Below are positions 37,831 through 49,800 of a stretch of 64,000 nt of DNA, piece after piece. A model generated the notes under the pieces. That model worked only from the letters and a program-made list of their open reading frames with translations, was not told where the DNA came from and searched no databases. The position numbers and the translations under genes are program-made. Positions within the stretch are counted from its first letter, which is position 1, and each line of letters starts with the position of its first letter. Source of the stretch: Antedon mediterranea (lineage: Eukaryota > Animalia > Echinodermata); assembly GCF_964355755.1 (NCBI RefSeq), contig NC_092673.1:27649648-27713647 (forward strand), given 5' to 3'.

Positions 37831-40800
37831 ATGAATGATTTTTCTGCAGTACCACCTCCAGGCACAGCTGGAAACAACCCAGCATTCGCTGATGCTCTGC
37901 AAAGAGCGAAACAGGTTTGTAAATGAATAAAAAATCCAAGTTTAAATGAGGCACTCTTTGTGTCGTCTGAAAAATGTTCTGGCCCTCACTCTCTTTCTCG
38001 GCTGGCCTTTCGCGGCATGTACGCTTGGCATACATCAGACGCTTGGCGTGTCCCAGCCCCGTCACACAAGGAAACGAATTCTCATTCGATCCTCAGAGGC
38101 TATTATTTGCATTACTATGGCATATTTGCTGATCCGAACTTTATGCTAACATGAATATATGATGTTATGATGAATATCAAATCAAGTGAATAATTTATAA
38201 CACTAAATTAAACAAAAAAACCACTTTATTTTGATTTCATTTCCTTTTGTGTAAAAAAAAGCTGAATACTCTTGTAATAAATGCCCTGTAATAATATAGG
38301 CCTAGTTAAAGCCCCATTCCCTACGTTTTTTAGATCTAATTTAAGAAAAATAATACTATATGGTCCTATTGCGATAACTTTTTTCGTCTTTAAACGGTTA
38401 AAAATGTGAAAAATAAGTCGATTCTAATAATTATAGCGGCCCGCTATAAATCCCAAAATACATTGCGCGCGGATTGATATTTTTGTTTTTCACCTGTAAT
38501 TCGCCCACTTTTCGATCGATCATGAGGCCAAAACAAATGGAAGACTCCTAACTTTTCAGCGAAAATACCGGGTTTCCCCAATTTTTATCAACGGAGTCTG
38601 GCAAAAATAGAAAGACAATTAATGCAGCAACTATACAACGTCAGGCTAGGGTAGATGTACCAGACCTCGGCAGGTTACAGGGAAATTCGTTATTTACGTG
38701 TATTTTTTAAAAGCATCACAAAATATATATATACTAAAGTTTTTAGTATTTATATAAGTAGTAAATACAGTGTGAATTATCGAATAAATATTTATAATTA
38801 ACAAACAATAATAAAAAATGTGTTTTTTATTTATTTACCAAACCTCGGCATGTGTCTGCCAATCCTCGGCATACGCTGCCCAAGCAAGCCCTGGAATTAC
38901 GCGCGAGCGATTGCGCAATCGATCGTCGATGAAATAGCAGGCCTAGCTAGGCTAGGCCTAGCCACGGCCAGATGTGAAATAAATGAGTCAAAAAACAGCA
39001 ATATTAAATTTATTTTACCAACAATTATATTTTGAATAAAATTTAATAAACAACATTGCAAATAATTTAATTTAATTAGTTATTTCCGTTAGGTGCCGAA
39101 GTCTGGCACATATCATTAATTATCAACCAAACATCTTAACACCCCTCATAAACCCTATATTTTTTCATTGGTTTGAAAATGGAATATTCTGGAATGTTGA
39201 TACACTACAGTAGGAGCCTATTTCAATCCCAGACGTGTCCCTCGTGTGTAATTTTTCATGCCCTGGAACTTTAAATGGAACAGTCACGTGTTAGCTCATT
39301 GGTCTATTTTGCTGAAATGTCACTTCAGGTTTCAGTGTTTATGGCTACTGGCAGACATGTTTCGCTGGTGTCTAGTAAACGATCGGTGGTTTATATTTAC
39401 CACCTATAAATAAAGTATATTATACGTTAAGATAAACAAAAAATATCAATTATTTAATTAATTATAACTAATATAAATACAACCTGCCGAGGTTTGGCAC
39501 ATTGCCGAGGTCTGGTACATCTACCCTAGGTATATAGCTCGCGTACGATGTTCGTACGTTACCGATGTTTACCAGCTAGGCCTACAAAACTAAGCCTAGC
39601 TAGGCTAGGCCTAAGACCGTCCACGAGAGGTCGATCGCCGCGAGCTACTTAGGTAGTGCATTGTTTCTCACTTTTTATCATAATTTACCATAAAACGTAC
39701 ATTTAAGACAAGGAATGACATGGTTTAATGTTTTTAAAGTGATATATATGTATTATTTTCCAAAAAACGTCCAAAATTGCAGGGAAGGGGTCTTTAAATT
39801 GTTTTTTTGCCAAAACATTATTTTAGAGCATTTTATTATTTAATGCCCATTTTATAAAAGAAATTAATAATACATAATAATAATATAGGATGTAGGCCTA
39901 ACTAGGGTCTGTATTATTATTGAAAAACTTAATTTTTATTTCATAAAAATATGAAAGTCTGGATGTAGATTTCTATTACCCTCCTTATGATTGGGATTGA
40001 TAGAATGGAAAATGTTAAAACTGTGGTCTACAATACAATATAAAATATTTGTTAATTATTTGCATACACAGATTGCAGCAAAGATTGGCAGTGCATCTGG
40101 TGGTCCACCACCACCAAGCATTATAGAACCCCCTCCTGGTATGAACCTAGGCATGAAGCGACCCATAGATGACACAGATGGCATGCCAGATTCTAAAAGA
40201 TCAGCAGCTGAAAATGACCGTAAGTTTTCATCTCAGCACGCAAAATTAAGTGTTTCTTTTAACTTTAATATATTGAATGCATATTTGTTTTCATTTATTC
40301 ACAGCTTTTGGTGCACAGTTAGCAGCATTGGCCCAACAACGACAAGGGTAATTATGTTAAACCTATCAAACTGTATGTGACATGATGATGTCAACTACCA
40401 TTTATTTTCTAGTTTAATCGTGTAGACAGAGCTTTACACTGTAGTTGTATAAATGGATGTAAATGAGTTTAATTGAAGTGGATGCAATCCATGCATTGGA
40501 ATAGAGTTTAGGTGTAAAATAGGAACTGCATGTGGATATAAGGCCTAAAGAATAATATTAAAGACCATTTTTGTATTCATGGTTTAAGAAAGCCTCTAAC
40601 TAACAGAAAATATCCGAGACCAAAATAGCAGCATAAAAGTTGTTACTTTACTGTCTGAACAAAAACCTTCATTATTATATTAAAACAAGAAGAATGGTAG
40701 AAATTAAATATGTTTTGTTTAGAACATATATTCAAGTTGACTAATACTACCAATGTATAAATGTTGACGTCTGACGTCCCACTTTGTTTCTACTTCAGCA

Positions 40801-43800
40801 TGCCTGCACAAGCCTCAGAAGAATACAAAATACCAGACGGTCTCGTTGGATTAGGTATGAAAAAGATAATAATTGTCAATGTTTTTTATTTATTGTGCAA
40901 TGTAGATGGATGTAGCCAGAAAATATGGCTGAATACTGATATGAAAGCATTTCACACCCATGTCTTTTAAGCATTCACATCTTGTGGCAAAGATCTTACT
41001 TATAATAATAGCTGTGGATATCGCTGGCTGAATCTCAATGGAGATACAAATATAAATAAGCAAAAAGCTAAATCAAAGTAAAACGGCCAGAAAGAAATTG
41101 CAGAGATTTTGGGTAACACTAATCATTCTTCAGTGAGAGTACTTAGACAAAAAACTAGACTCAATCTAATAATATAGAATTAAAATACACATATTTTAGT
41201 TACATTTAACCATTTTGGGAATGCACAAATCAACTTTTTATATATAAATTGAAAGACTATATACACTTTAAGTAGGAATAGTGTTTTAAGACTATTTACA
41301 CTCTCAGTAGGAATAGTATTGTAAGACTATATACACTTTAAGTAGGAATAGTATTTTAATAGGTTCCCTAAATTATTAGTTACAATCACGATTGTCTTCC
41401 AGTTATCGGCCGAGGTGGGGAGCAAATCAACAGACTACAAACTGACACCGGTTGCAATGTTCAGATCTCACCAGGTAGGCCTCTCTTCCTCAAAAACTGC
41501 TAGGTCAACCGTTTAAAACATTTTGAAACGTTTATCGTTGAACTCCTATTTACATTTTAAATGGTCATTTTCAAAATGCTAGTGTTTAAACAATTTACTT
41601 AAATGTAATTAATAATTCTACTTATTTACAGTTTGGTTTTTAGTGATTGACAAACTTAATTATAATTTAGTATATTTTAGTTCTAGGTCGTGACCCTTGA
41701 CCCCTCATCCCGTTTTTACGCATGCATGATATCACTATACTATGTTGCTAATACAAATCTGCATACATTAATCTATACATTAATCCATGTTGTCTCTTAT
41801 TACTGCTTTTACCGTTTTTGTATGTCTTTTTCAGCAATATCGTCATTAATAACTAAATAGTATGTTTAATGAACTTATTTTTTCTGCAGACAGCAACGGC
41901 ATGTCTGATCGTGTGTGTACGCTGTCAGGCAGTACTGTTGCTGTAATGTAAGTATTAATTTTTTTTTAAATACATTTTAAAGATAATAATAATGATACCA
42001 AATTTCTATAGCGCTCTTTTCATGAATGATCATGCTCAAAGATTTATTGTCCCCCTGAAAAAATAATGATTCATGCCTGGAAAAGTGAATAACTATTTAA
42101 CTAAATTTATTTTGGTTTTATTCATCCTTTTTTTTCATAAGTGTGGAAACTATATCCTTTAAAAAAAAAGTTCAAAAAATGTGCTTATAAATTCTTTTTT
42201 GAAAAAAAAATTATGCAAATGTAGATTTTATTCTTAAAATGTACTTACTTACCGCAAGATAACTATCTGCTTTAACTTATTTCAGGACTGCAAAAAGTCA
42301 ACTAGATAAAATAATAGCCAAAGCCAAAATGACCGAAGCAGAGGGTACAATGACGGAAGAGATGATGATTCCAGGCAACAAAGTGGGACTTGTCATTGGC
42401 AAAGGAGGCGAGACGATAAGACAGTTACAGGTTAGTGAAATTAGAAGTTATTAAGGAAGACAGTGGAACCGTAATTACGTAGCCATAAGACCGGAAAGGG
42501 TTCAACGCTCACTCGCTCCATGGTTCTGGTGGTAGAACAAGTCTTCTCGGATAAGGACTATAAACCGTAGGTCCAGTGTACACATCTAGAAAGAACCTAG
42601 TACAGTAGACGAGTACGGGGTGACCCCGGTGTACTAGTACAGATGTTTTGCCCTTACTTGGATATATGAGAACACATTTTGGGTGCAACTAGCCCACGAC
42701 CTCCTGATCACAAGCTTTACGCTCATACCACTAGACTACTAATATTGCACTGATGACCAGGGTTAGGTTCTAGGCCTGAGGAAGCATCAACCGGATGATA
42801 ATTTTCATTACTGAGAAGTAGTTTAGTATATTGCTGTCAATATCTAGTGTATGCAAATGATTTAATCCGATTTATATTCACAGGAGGAGATTGGTGTGAG
42901 AATGACCATGATACAGGATGGACCTCAAAATATTGGTATTGACAAACCACTTAGAGTAACCGGTGAACCATCTAAAGTGCAGGTATGGTAGCTCGTAACC
43001 AACTCTGTAAATGTTACATTAATTTGCACGAATGTGTGAAAGAATTTTAGTTTCTTATCATTATAAGTTATACTAATGTTAGGTTGAATCAATGAACAAA
43101 ATGGTATCTTTTTAATTAAATATAAATGAACTTTATTCAATCAATCGTCCTTTTTTTTATAATGGTAACCATAATGAGGTATAATATTACAGTAGATTTT
43201 TACACAAACAAAAAACAATATAAATATTAATTATAAAATATATACAATGATTATTTACAGTAATGATAATAAAAAAAATTAATTGTTTATATTGACTATT
43301 ATTGGAAACGGAGTTGAATAATAAATACTGAAAAGTTTAATTAGAGGTTTACAGTCAATTTAAAAGATATAATATATAAGTAATATTGTAAGTATTAAAG
43401 TAGCAGATAGTGTTTCGGAAGATTACTGAAAATTGGCAACGGTCTACAAATGAACATGGTTATCTGCTAACACATATTGCTTCCATGGTATGATTGGTGG
43501 ATTGTGTCCGAAAACCAGTCATAAAATGAATCGTCGCTATCATTTATTAAGATTTGTTTATAAATAACTTCCCTCAAAAGAGTATACAATTTCAATTGGG
43601 TAGTTATCATACTAATTTTCTATTTCAGGAAGCCTTCCGCAAAGTACATGACCTGCTGGAGTCAAAGGGAAATGAGGTAGGTAAAGTTATCTCTAAATAA
43701 GGATGTAAAGCTCTGTCTACACTATCAAACTAGTTTGACAAAACAAGTGTGATGTGGCCAAATATGGTAGTGATATGCCTAAATATGGTAGTGATATGAC

Positions 43801-46800
43801 TTCATCATGTCTATATATGGGCACATCAAATTTTTTTTGTCACAAAGTTTGATAGAGCTTAACAAACTGAAACAATAATAAAAGCATGGACATAAGTGTG
43901 CGAAACAGAATAGAAAGACCTTTTGCACCTGTTGTAATTTGTTTATGTTTATTATCTTTTAGATTAATCGTGGTGGAAACATGGGTAATTCATTTCAAAG
44001 ACGAGGTCCACCACCTAATGGCCGTGAGGTAAGCAATCGCAGCACCTACATTTATTTATAATTTTATTATAATACACATTTGTTCTTATATTATAGTTGT
44101 ATATTTTTATTGTATAAGTACAATCTTATTATAGTTATAAATTTGGTAGTCCAGTCTTTGACTGAAGAGGTTACCCAGTATAAATAAATAACAAATTCCA
44201 AAATTGGTTTGTATAATTTTTTGGAAGATATCTGAATAAATAAAAATCAGCAAGTTTTTTACATAACAATTATTTATAATTTTATGCAATAGTAATAGTC
44301 GCATAAAACAATTTTTACTGACCCGTTTATTGACCTGTTTTTTACTTTAGGTGCCGGTTCCTAAATTTGCAGTAGGCATTGTGATTGGTAGACAAGGGGA
44401 GACGATTAAGAAAATCCAGGTGGAGTCTGGAGCCAGAGTCCAGTTCCAAGACGGTTGGTTTGTTTTTATATTTTGTAACTAGAAGAATTGCGAGACTTAT
44501 ACAGAATGCGCCGACGATATGAGAGTGATCTCACATTCACAAGCATGTGTTAAATTTTTTGAACTAATTTGTGTTACTGTAGTTACTTAATAGTAGAAAA
44601 AGTCATGAGATTCAATAAAGATTGTTGATCTCACTTCTTGAGTTCGGTCAAACCTAGTGAAGCCTTTACTGATCAATGCAACCCTCACAGCATATCAGTT
44701 ATGTCTGGCAAAATTACTTTGTTTGCTGTTGCCCTACAAAGCCAGGATTTTTATAGGAGCGTCCTTTTTCTGTCAAATTGGGGCAAGCATAAGCAACTGA
44801 AAAAAAATGTAGGTCTACCTAAAGGAGTAATCTGGCTAGGTATAGGACTGGACAAAAAAATTTTAATGAGTTGAATAGCATTTTCGCAGATGGTCTCTGT
44901 TTGTTAAAAACACTTCAAACAAGCACGAATGTGCAATACTCGGTACAGCGAAAGAAGCTGTATACAGACATATACAGTTATTTCACCATAAAGTTAAAGA
45001 AAAATAGGTTTCGCCAGGGCTTGAACCGGGACCTTATGCGTGTTAAGCAGACTTGACAACCACTACACTATGAAACCCACTTACACTAAAAATGTGGGTT
45101 ACAGAAAGTTTTTTAATCCATTTAAATTACAAATAAATATGGTAATAAGCACAAAGCAAAATAAACATGTGTAAAAGTGATAATTACCGATTACACAAAA
45201 TAAGTATTTAAAAAATAATAAAAATAAGATATACTGTGTATAATTATCATATTCCGTATACAGTACTTTTCACCATAAAGTTTAAAAAAAAGGTTTCGCC
45301 CGGGCTCGAACCAGGTACCTTCTGCGTGTTAAGCAAACGTGATAATCACTACGCCAAGAAGCCGCATATAACTACATAACGCTGTGGTGTGTGTCACACA
45401 TTGTGGCTTCTTAATTAAACAAATTAATTAACAAAAAAGCACGAATGTGCGATACTCGGGGTACAGCAAATGAAGCTGTAATGACGTCATAAGACGGGAT
45501 GTGACGTCACATACACATGAATAACCTACCAAATACGGCTATATGGTACCATCTTCGAGACGTCATATGGCTGCATCCGGTTTGAAATTTAAAAATCCGG
45601 ATCTATAGATTTGAGGACATGTCCCTGTAGTATATTCATGCCAAATCCCAGCTCAATACTACAACTAATAATGGAGGAGTAGTACTTTAAAAATCGCACT
45701 TTTTACTTAATAGTGTCCAGATGGAGGAGGAGAAAATGAGTAAGTCCTAGACTCGGGTACCCCGAGTAAAAAGAAGAGGGCTACATCCATGGCAACTCAA
45801 GATTAATGTTAATATCTTGTTTTTTTTCTCAGATGATGGTGGTCCTGAAAGAATAGCTGTTGTGTCTGGAGCTGAGGATGCAGTCATGAAAGCTGCAAGT
45901 GAAATAGAGACACTCATTGCCAATGCTAATGTAAGTCAGCAGCTTAAATCCTTGTTTACACTATCAAACTTTATGTGCCCATATATGGACATGATTATTT
46001 ATCACTACCATATTTAACCATATCACTACCATATTTGGGCATATCAAACTTTCCTTGTTTTGAGCTTGCAATGATGTTTGAATTTCTTCACCTGAATGTC
46101 CATGTGGATACAAAAACCGAGCTTTTTAATACTGAGCAAGCACGTGTGCTACCTTCACCATATGTATAATCGTACATTGTTTTTTTTTTACATGTGGTTA
46201 GTTGCTCTCTTTGTTAGAGAGAAAGTGTGTATGTGGTCAAGGACAAAGTCATGCAACATCTATTTATTAGTCAATACCACACCAATATCAATTTGTTAAA
46301 GAATACATTTTTTTTAGATTGTATTAGCCCTCTGGGAAAAAAACATTGGTGAATATTACATTTTAATTTCACATAATAGTTATTCACTTTTACCAAAAAA
46401 AATGGATCAGAAAAAAAAATTATATGAAAAAACTAAATTAAAATCTTGAGTGGTGGTTGGTGTTGTATCCTTATTTTTGTTTTTTAAATGCAAAATTGCC
46501 TGATTTGATTAATTCTTCATTTTTTTAATGTTTTTAATTACCTGTTGATTTGTATTTAAGAGTTTGTAAATAGTTACTTTATATGGTTTGTTTTGCCTAA
46601 AAAAACAACTTCAATTTGGGTTTAATTTTGTAGAGAGATGGTGATCGTGGAAACGGCATGTCTATGAGAGGTGGTAGAGGAGGTGGACGTGGAGGATTTA
46701 GAGGTGGACGAGGGGGCTTCAATAGAGGACCACCAGGAATGGGAGGTCCACGAGGACCCCCACCTCATCATGGTGGTCCCCATGGTGGCCCCCCTCATGG

Positions 46801-49800
46801 AGGAGGAGGAGGAGGAGGAGGGCCAGGTGGTATGAATACACTGGAGTATGGTGTACCGGCTAACAAATGCGGCATTGTCATTGGTAAAGGTACATAATCA
46901 ATCATAGTAATTTAATTAGGGATCCGGTCAAATTTATTTTACTGAAGTAACTGTTTTTTACTACAATGTATGATTTCAGAAAAAGTTTGCTAGATAATAA
47001 TTTAAAAAAAAATTTTATCAATACTCTCCCAATACCACTTCCAAAACCAGAATATAAAAGGTCCCAAATTATTTGCACCTGCTAGAACCCACCATCTTTT
47101 ACCATGGATGTTGGGCGTATAATGTGTGCTACAGAAAACACAGGCTAGGTTTTCGCTAACACTACCAGGGCATTGCCCAATTGGATGGGTTTGATAGTAG
47201 GCCTAGCCACAACTGAACAATTCTATTAAATAGAAAGGATTTATTTTGCTATTTTATTTTGTTATCTTATTTTGTTATCATTTGCTTTACTTAAGGATAA
47301 AGTAATTATTGTTAATGTATTTGCATATCTAATTTGCATAAATGACAGGTGGCGAAAGTATAAATAACATTAAGACTACAAGCGGTGCTCATGTTGAGAT
47401 CAGTCGGAACAATGGGCCACCAGGACAGAAGTTGTTCTTTATTCGTGGTACACAAGAACAGATTGATCACGCAAAGTTCTTAATTAATGAGAAAATAAAT
47501 GGAAGTAATGTAAGTATCCATGTTTTCCTTCTGTAGTTGTAGAGCTCTGTCAAATAAGTGTGATATGCCCAAATATGGTAGTGATGTGTCATTTTGTCCA
47601 TATATGAGCACATCACATTGGTTGTCACAAAGTTTGGTAGTGTAGACAGAGCTTTACATTCCTAAGACCAATCAATATCTTGGGGTCATACGGTATCTCA
47701 ACTTTCCCATTATCTTATAGACTAGAATTGTCATTTCTAAGAGGTCCCAAATTCTTTGCACCTGCTAGAACCCACCATCTTTTACCATGGATGTTGGGCG
47801 TATAATGTGTGCTACAGAAAACACAGGCTAGGTTTTCGCTAACACTACCAGGGCATTGCCCAATTGGATGGGTTTGATAGTAGGCCTAGCCACACGCATC
47901 ATTTTGTTTTTGTTCTGTAGTAGTATTTGTTTTTTTTTGCTGCTTTTAATAACAGATTGTAAAATATTATCTTGCTTATTATTGTGAATGAATCACTTCT
48001 GTGTAAAGCTTTGTCTACACAAAATAAGTGTGATATGCCCATATATGGTAGGGATACGATGTCATCATGTCCATATATGGACACATCACATATTTTTGTC
48101 ACAAAGTTTGATGTTTAGACAGAGTTTAAAACACTTAAAGAAACAACAGAAAACCACAAAACTTTACTGAATTTTATTTATGTTTAAAACAACTTTTTTT
48201 TTGGCTGCTTTCCACACTGTTCTTCACAATCCATAAGAAACAAATGTACTATTTTCTGTTGTAGAATGATCCCAGAGGACCACCTCCTCCCCAAGGCGGT
48301 GCACCACCATATGGACAAGGTCCACCACAAGGGTATGTAGAATGATATTGTTTGAATCATCCTTCTATTTTTGATTGATTTTAGAAAATAAATCAAGACA
48401 TGGTATATTCATAAATATATATAGTGTGTTTTTTCTAAATGATCCTATTATTTGGTTACAGAGGTCCACAGGGTGGACATCAGCCTCCCCAAGGAGGACC
48501 ACCAGGAGGTCCTCCACAGCCATACAACCCACATGGATGGGGTAATTCATTTGGACAATGGAATCAACAGGTATGCTTTGATCTAATTCTGGTATTTATC
48601 ATGTCCACAGCTAAACTTGGTCATTTCATAGTACCTATCGTGTCCACACTAGGATTGACCACAGCAACACTTGGTTATTTCCTATTACCTGTCTTGTCTA
48701 CTCCACGATTGACCACAGTAACACTTGGTCATTTTCTGGTACTCTCCAGGACTGACCACAGCAACACAGACGGAGCCATATTATTTTGATTTATAATTGT
48801 CTGACTGTCTTCGGGTCCTCTTTATGTTCCATAGTCCAAACTCAAATAATAGCAAGTAAGCCCTTTATGTAACCCTGTAGGTAAAGAATAACCAAGATTA
48901 TTATCTTATTTTACAGTCAACTCTGACTCCCTGAATACCTAACCCTCTTCTTTCAATTGTGAAGTGGGCCGGCCCAAGGGTGTCCAGTTTCATAAAAGTT
49001 AACTGTACCACTTGCACCTGCTAGAACCCACCATCTTTTACCATGGATGTTGGGCGTATAATGTGTGCTACAGAAAACACAGGCTAGGTTTTCGCTAACA
49101 CTACCAGGGCATTGCCCAATTGGATGGGTTTGATAGTAGGCCTAGCCACAAATTATTTATAACTGATATAGATAATTATAATTTAAATCAAGTTAAATAT
49201 GAATTGTATGAGTTTTTGGGCGAGTTAAAAAACTGTTTATTTTTGTGGTTGTCAAAAAATTATTGTTACTTGTTTTTACAGCAATCGCAGACAGACACAA
49301 TGGCCGCTTGGGCCTCTTATTATGCCCAGTTCTACCCTCAGCAAGGAGGAGCGCAACCACAGCCATCATCGGCTTCAACTCCATCTACAAACACATCAAC
49401 ACAGTCACCGGCAGCCCCTCAAGGTACGTCCAAGTTCAAATATCAATACATACACCTTGCAATGCAATCATATTTAATACCCTTTTCAACACACTTTTTA
49501 GGGTTTGAGTTTTGCATGAAAATTAAATTGTTTTATTTATCACTGGTTTAAGGGAATTAACACAGTTGGCAATCGCGCGTGAGCTATTGCAATATAATAT
49601 GTTAAGCGGCATATATATTCGACCCATACAGAAATCCATTCTACTAGACTGGTAAATGCGCATTTGTCGTAGCCTAGTACAACCGTGATAATGAACAATT
49701 TAAATGTTGACGTTCAGTGTGTGCATGCATAGTTAGCATAGCTATGATGCTGGCACTGTATTGGACAAATATTTAAGGTGTGAAATAAATCCTCCCTTAT

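Larger units (their letters stand above)
44918..45772 (-). mobile_element. Non-autonomous Helentron/HINE-like element with duplicated 3' end, enclosing the two tRNA-Val copies
   Basis: Hairpin ACTCGGGTACCCCGAGT at 45751-45767, complementary subterminal TACTCGGGGTAC near 45452-45463, and hairpin GCACGAATGTGC beside an A/T-run. The GCACGAATGTGC..TACTCGG..TACAGC..GAAGCTGTA end module occurs twice (44918-44962 and ~45430-45480). No TSD. Confidence 0.55.

Noticed and set aside
40900-41051. Hairpin followed by ACA in FUBP intron 4
   Set aside because: No properly placed ANANNA H box and no identifiable target.
42748-42790. CTGATGA as a hammerhead ribozyme core
   Set aside because: No GAAA after a stem II and no convincing stems I/III.
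45007-45363. Functional tRNA-Val genes
   Set aside because: Both copies have stem mismatches or altered invariant bases, so they are called pseudogenes.
49566-49684. Possible extra H/ACA RNA (ACAGAA...TACTAG-hairpin-CTAGT-ACA) in FUBP intron 17
   Set aside because: The second hairpin is too short with almost no pocket, there is no clear first hairpin, and I found no rRNA target.
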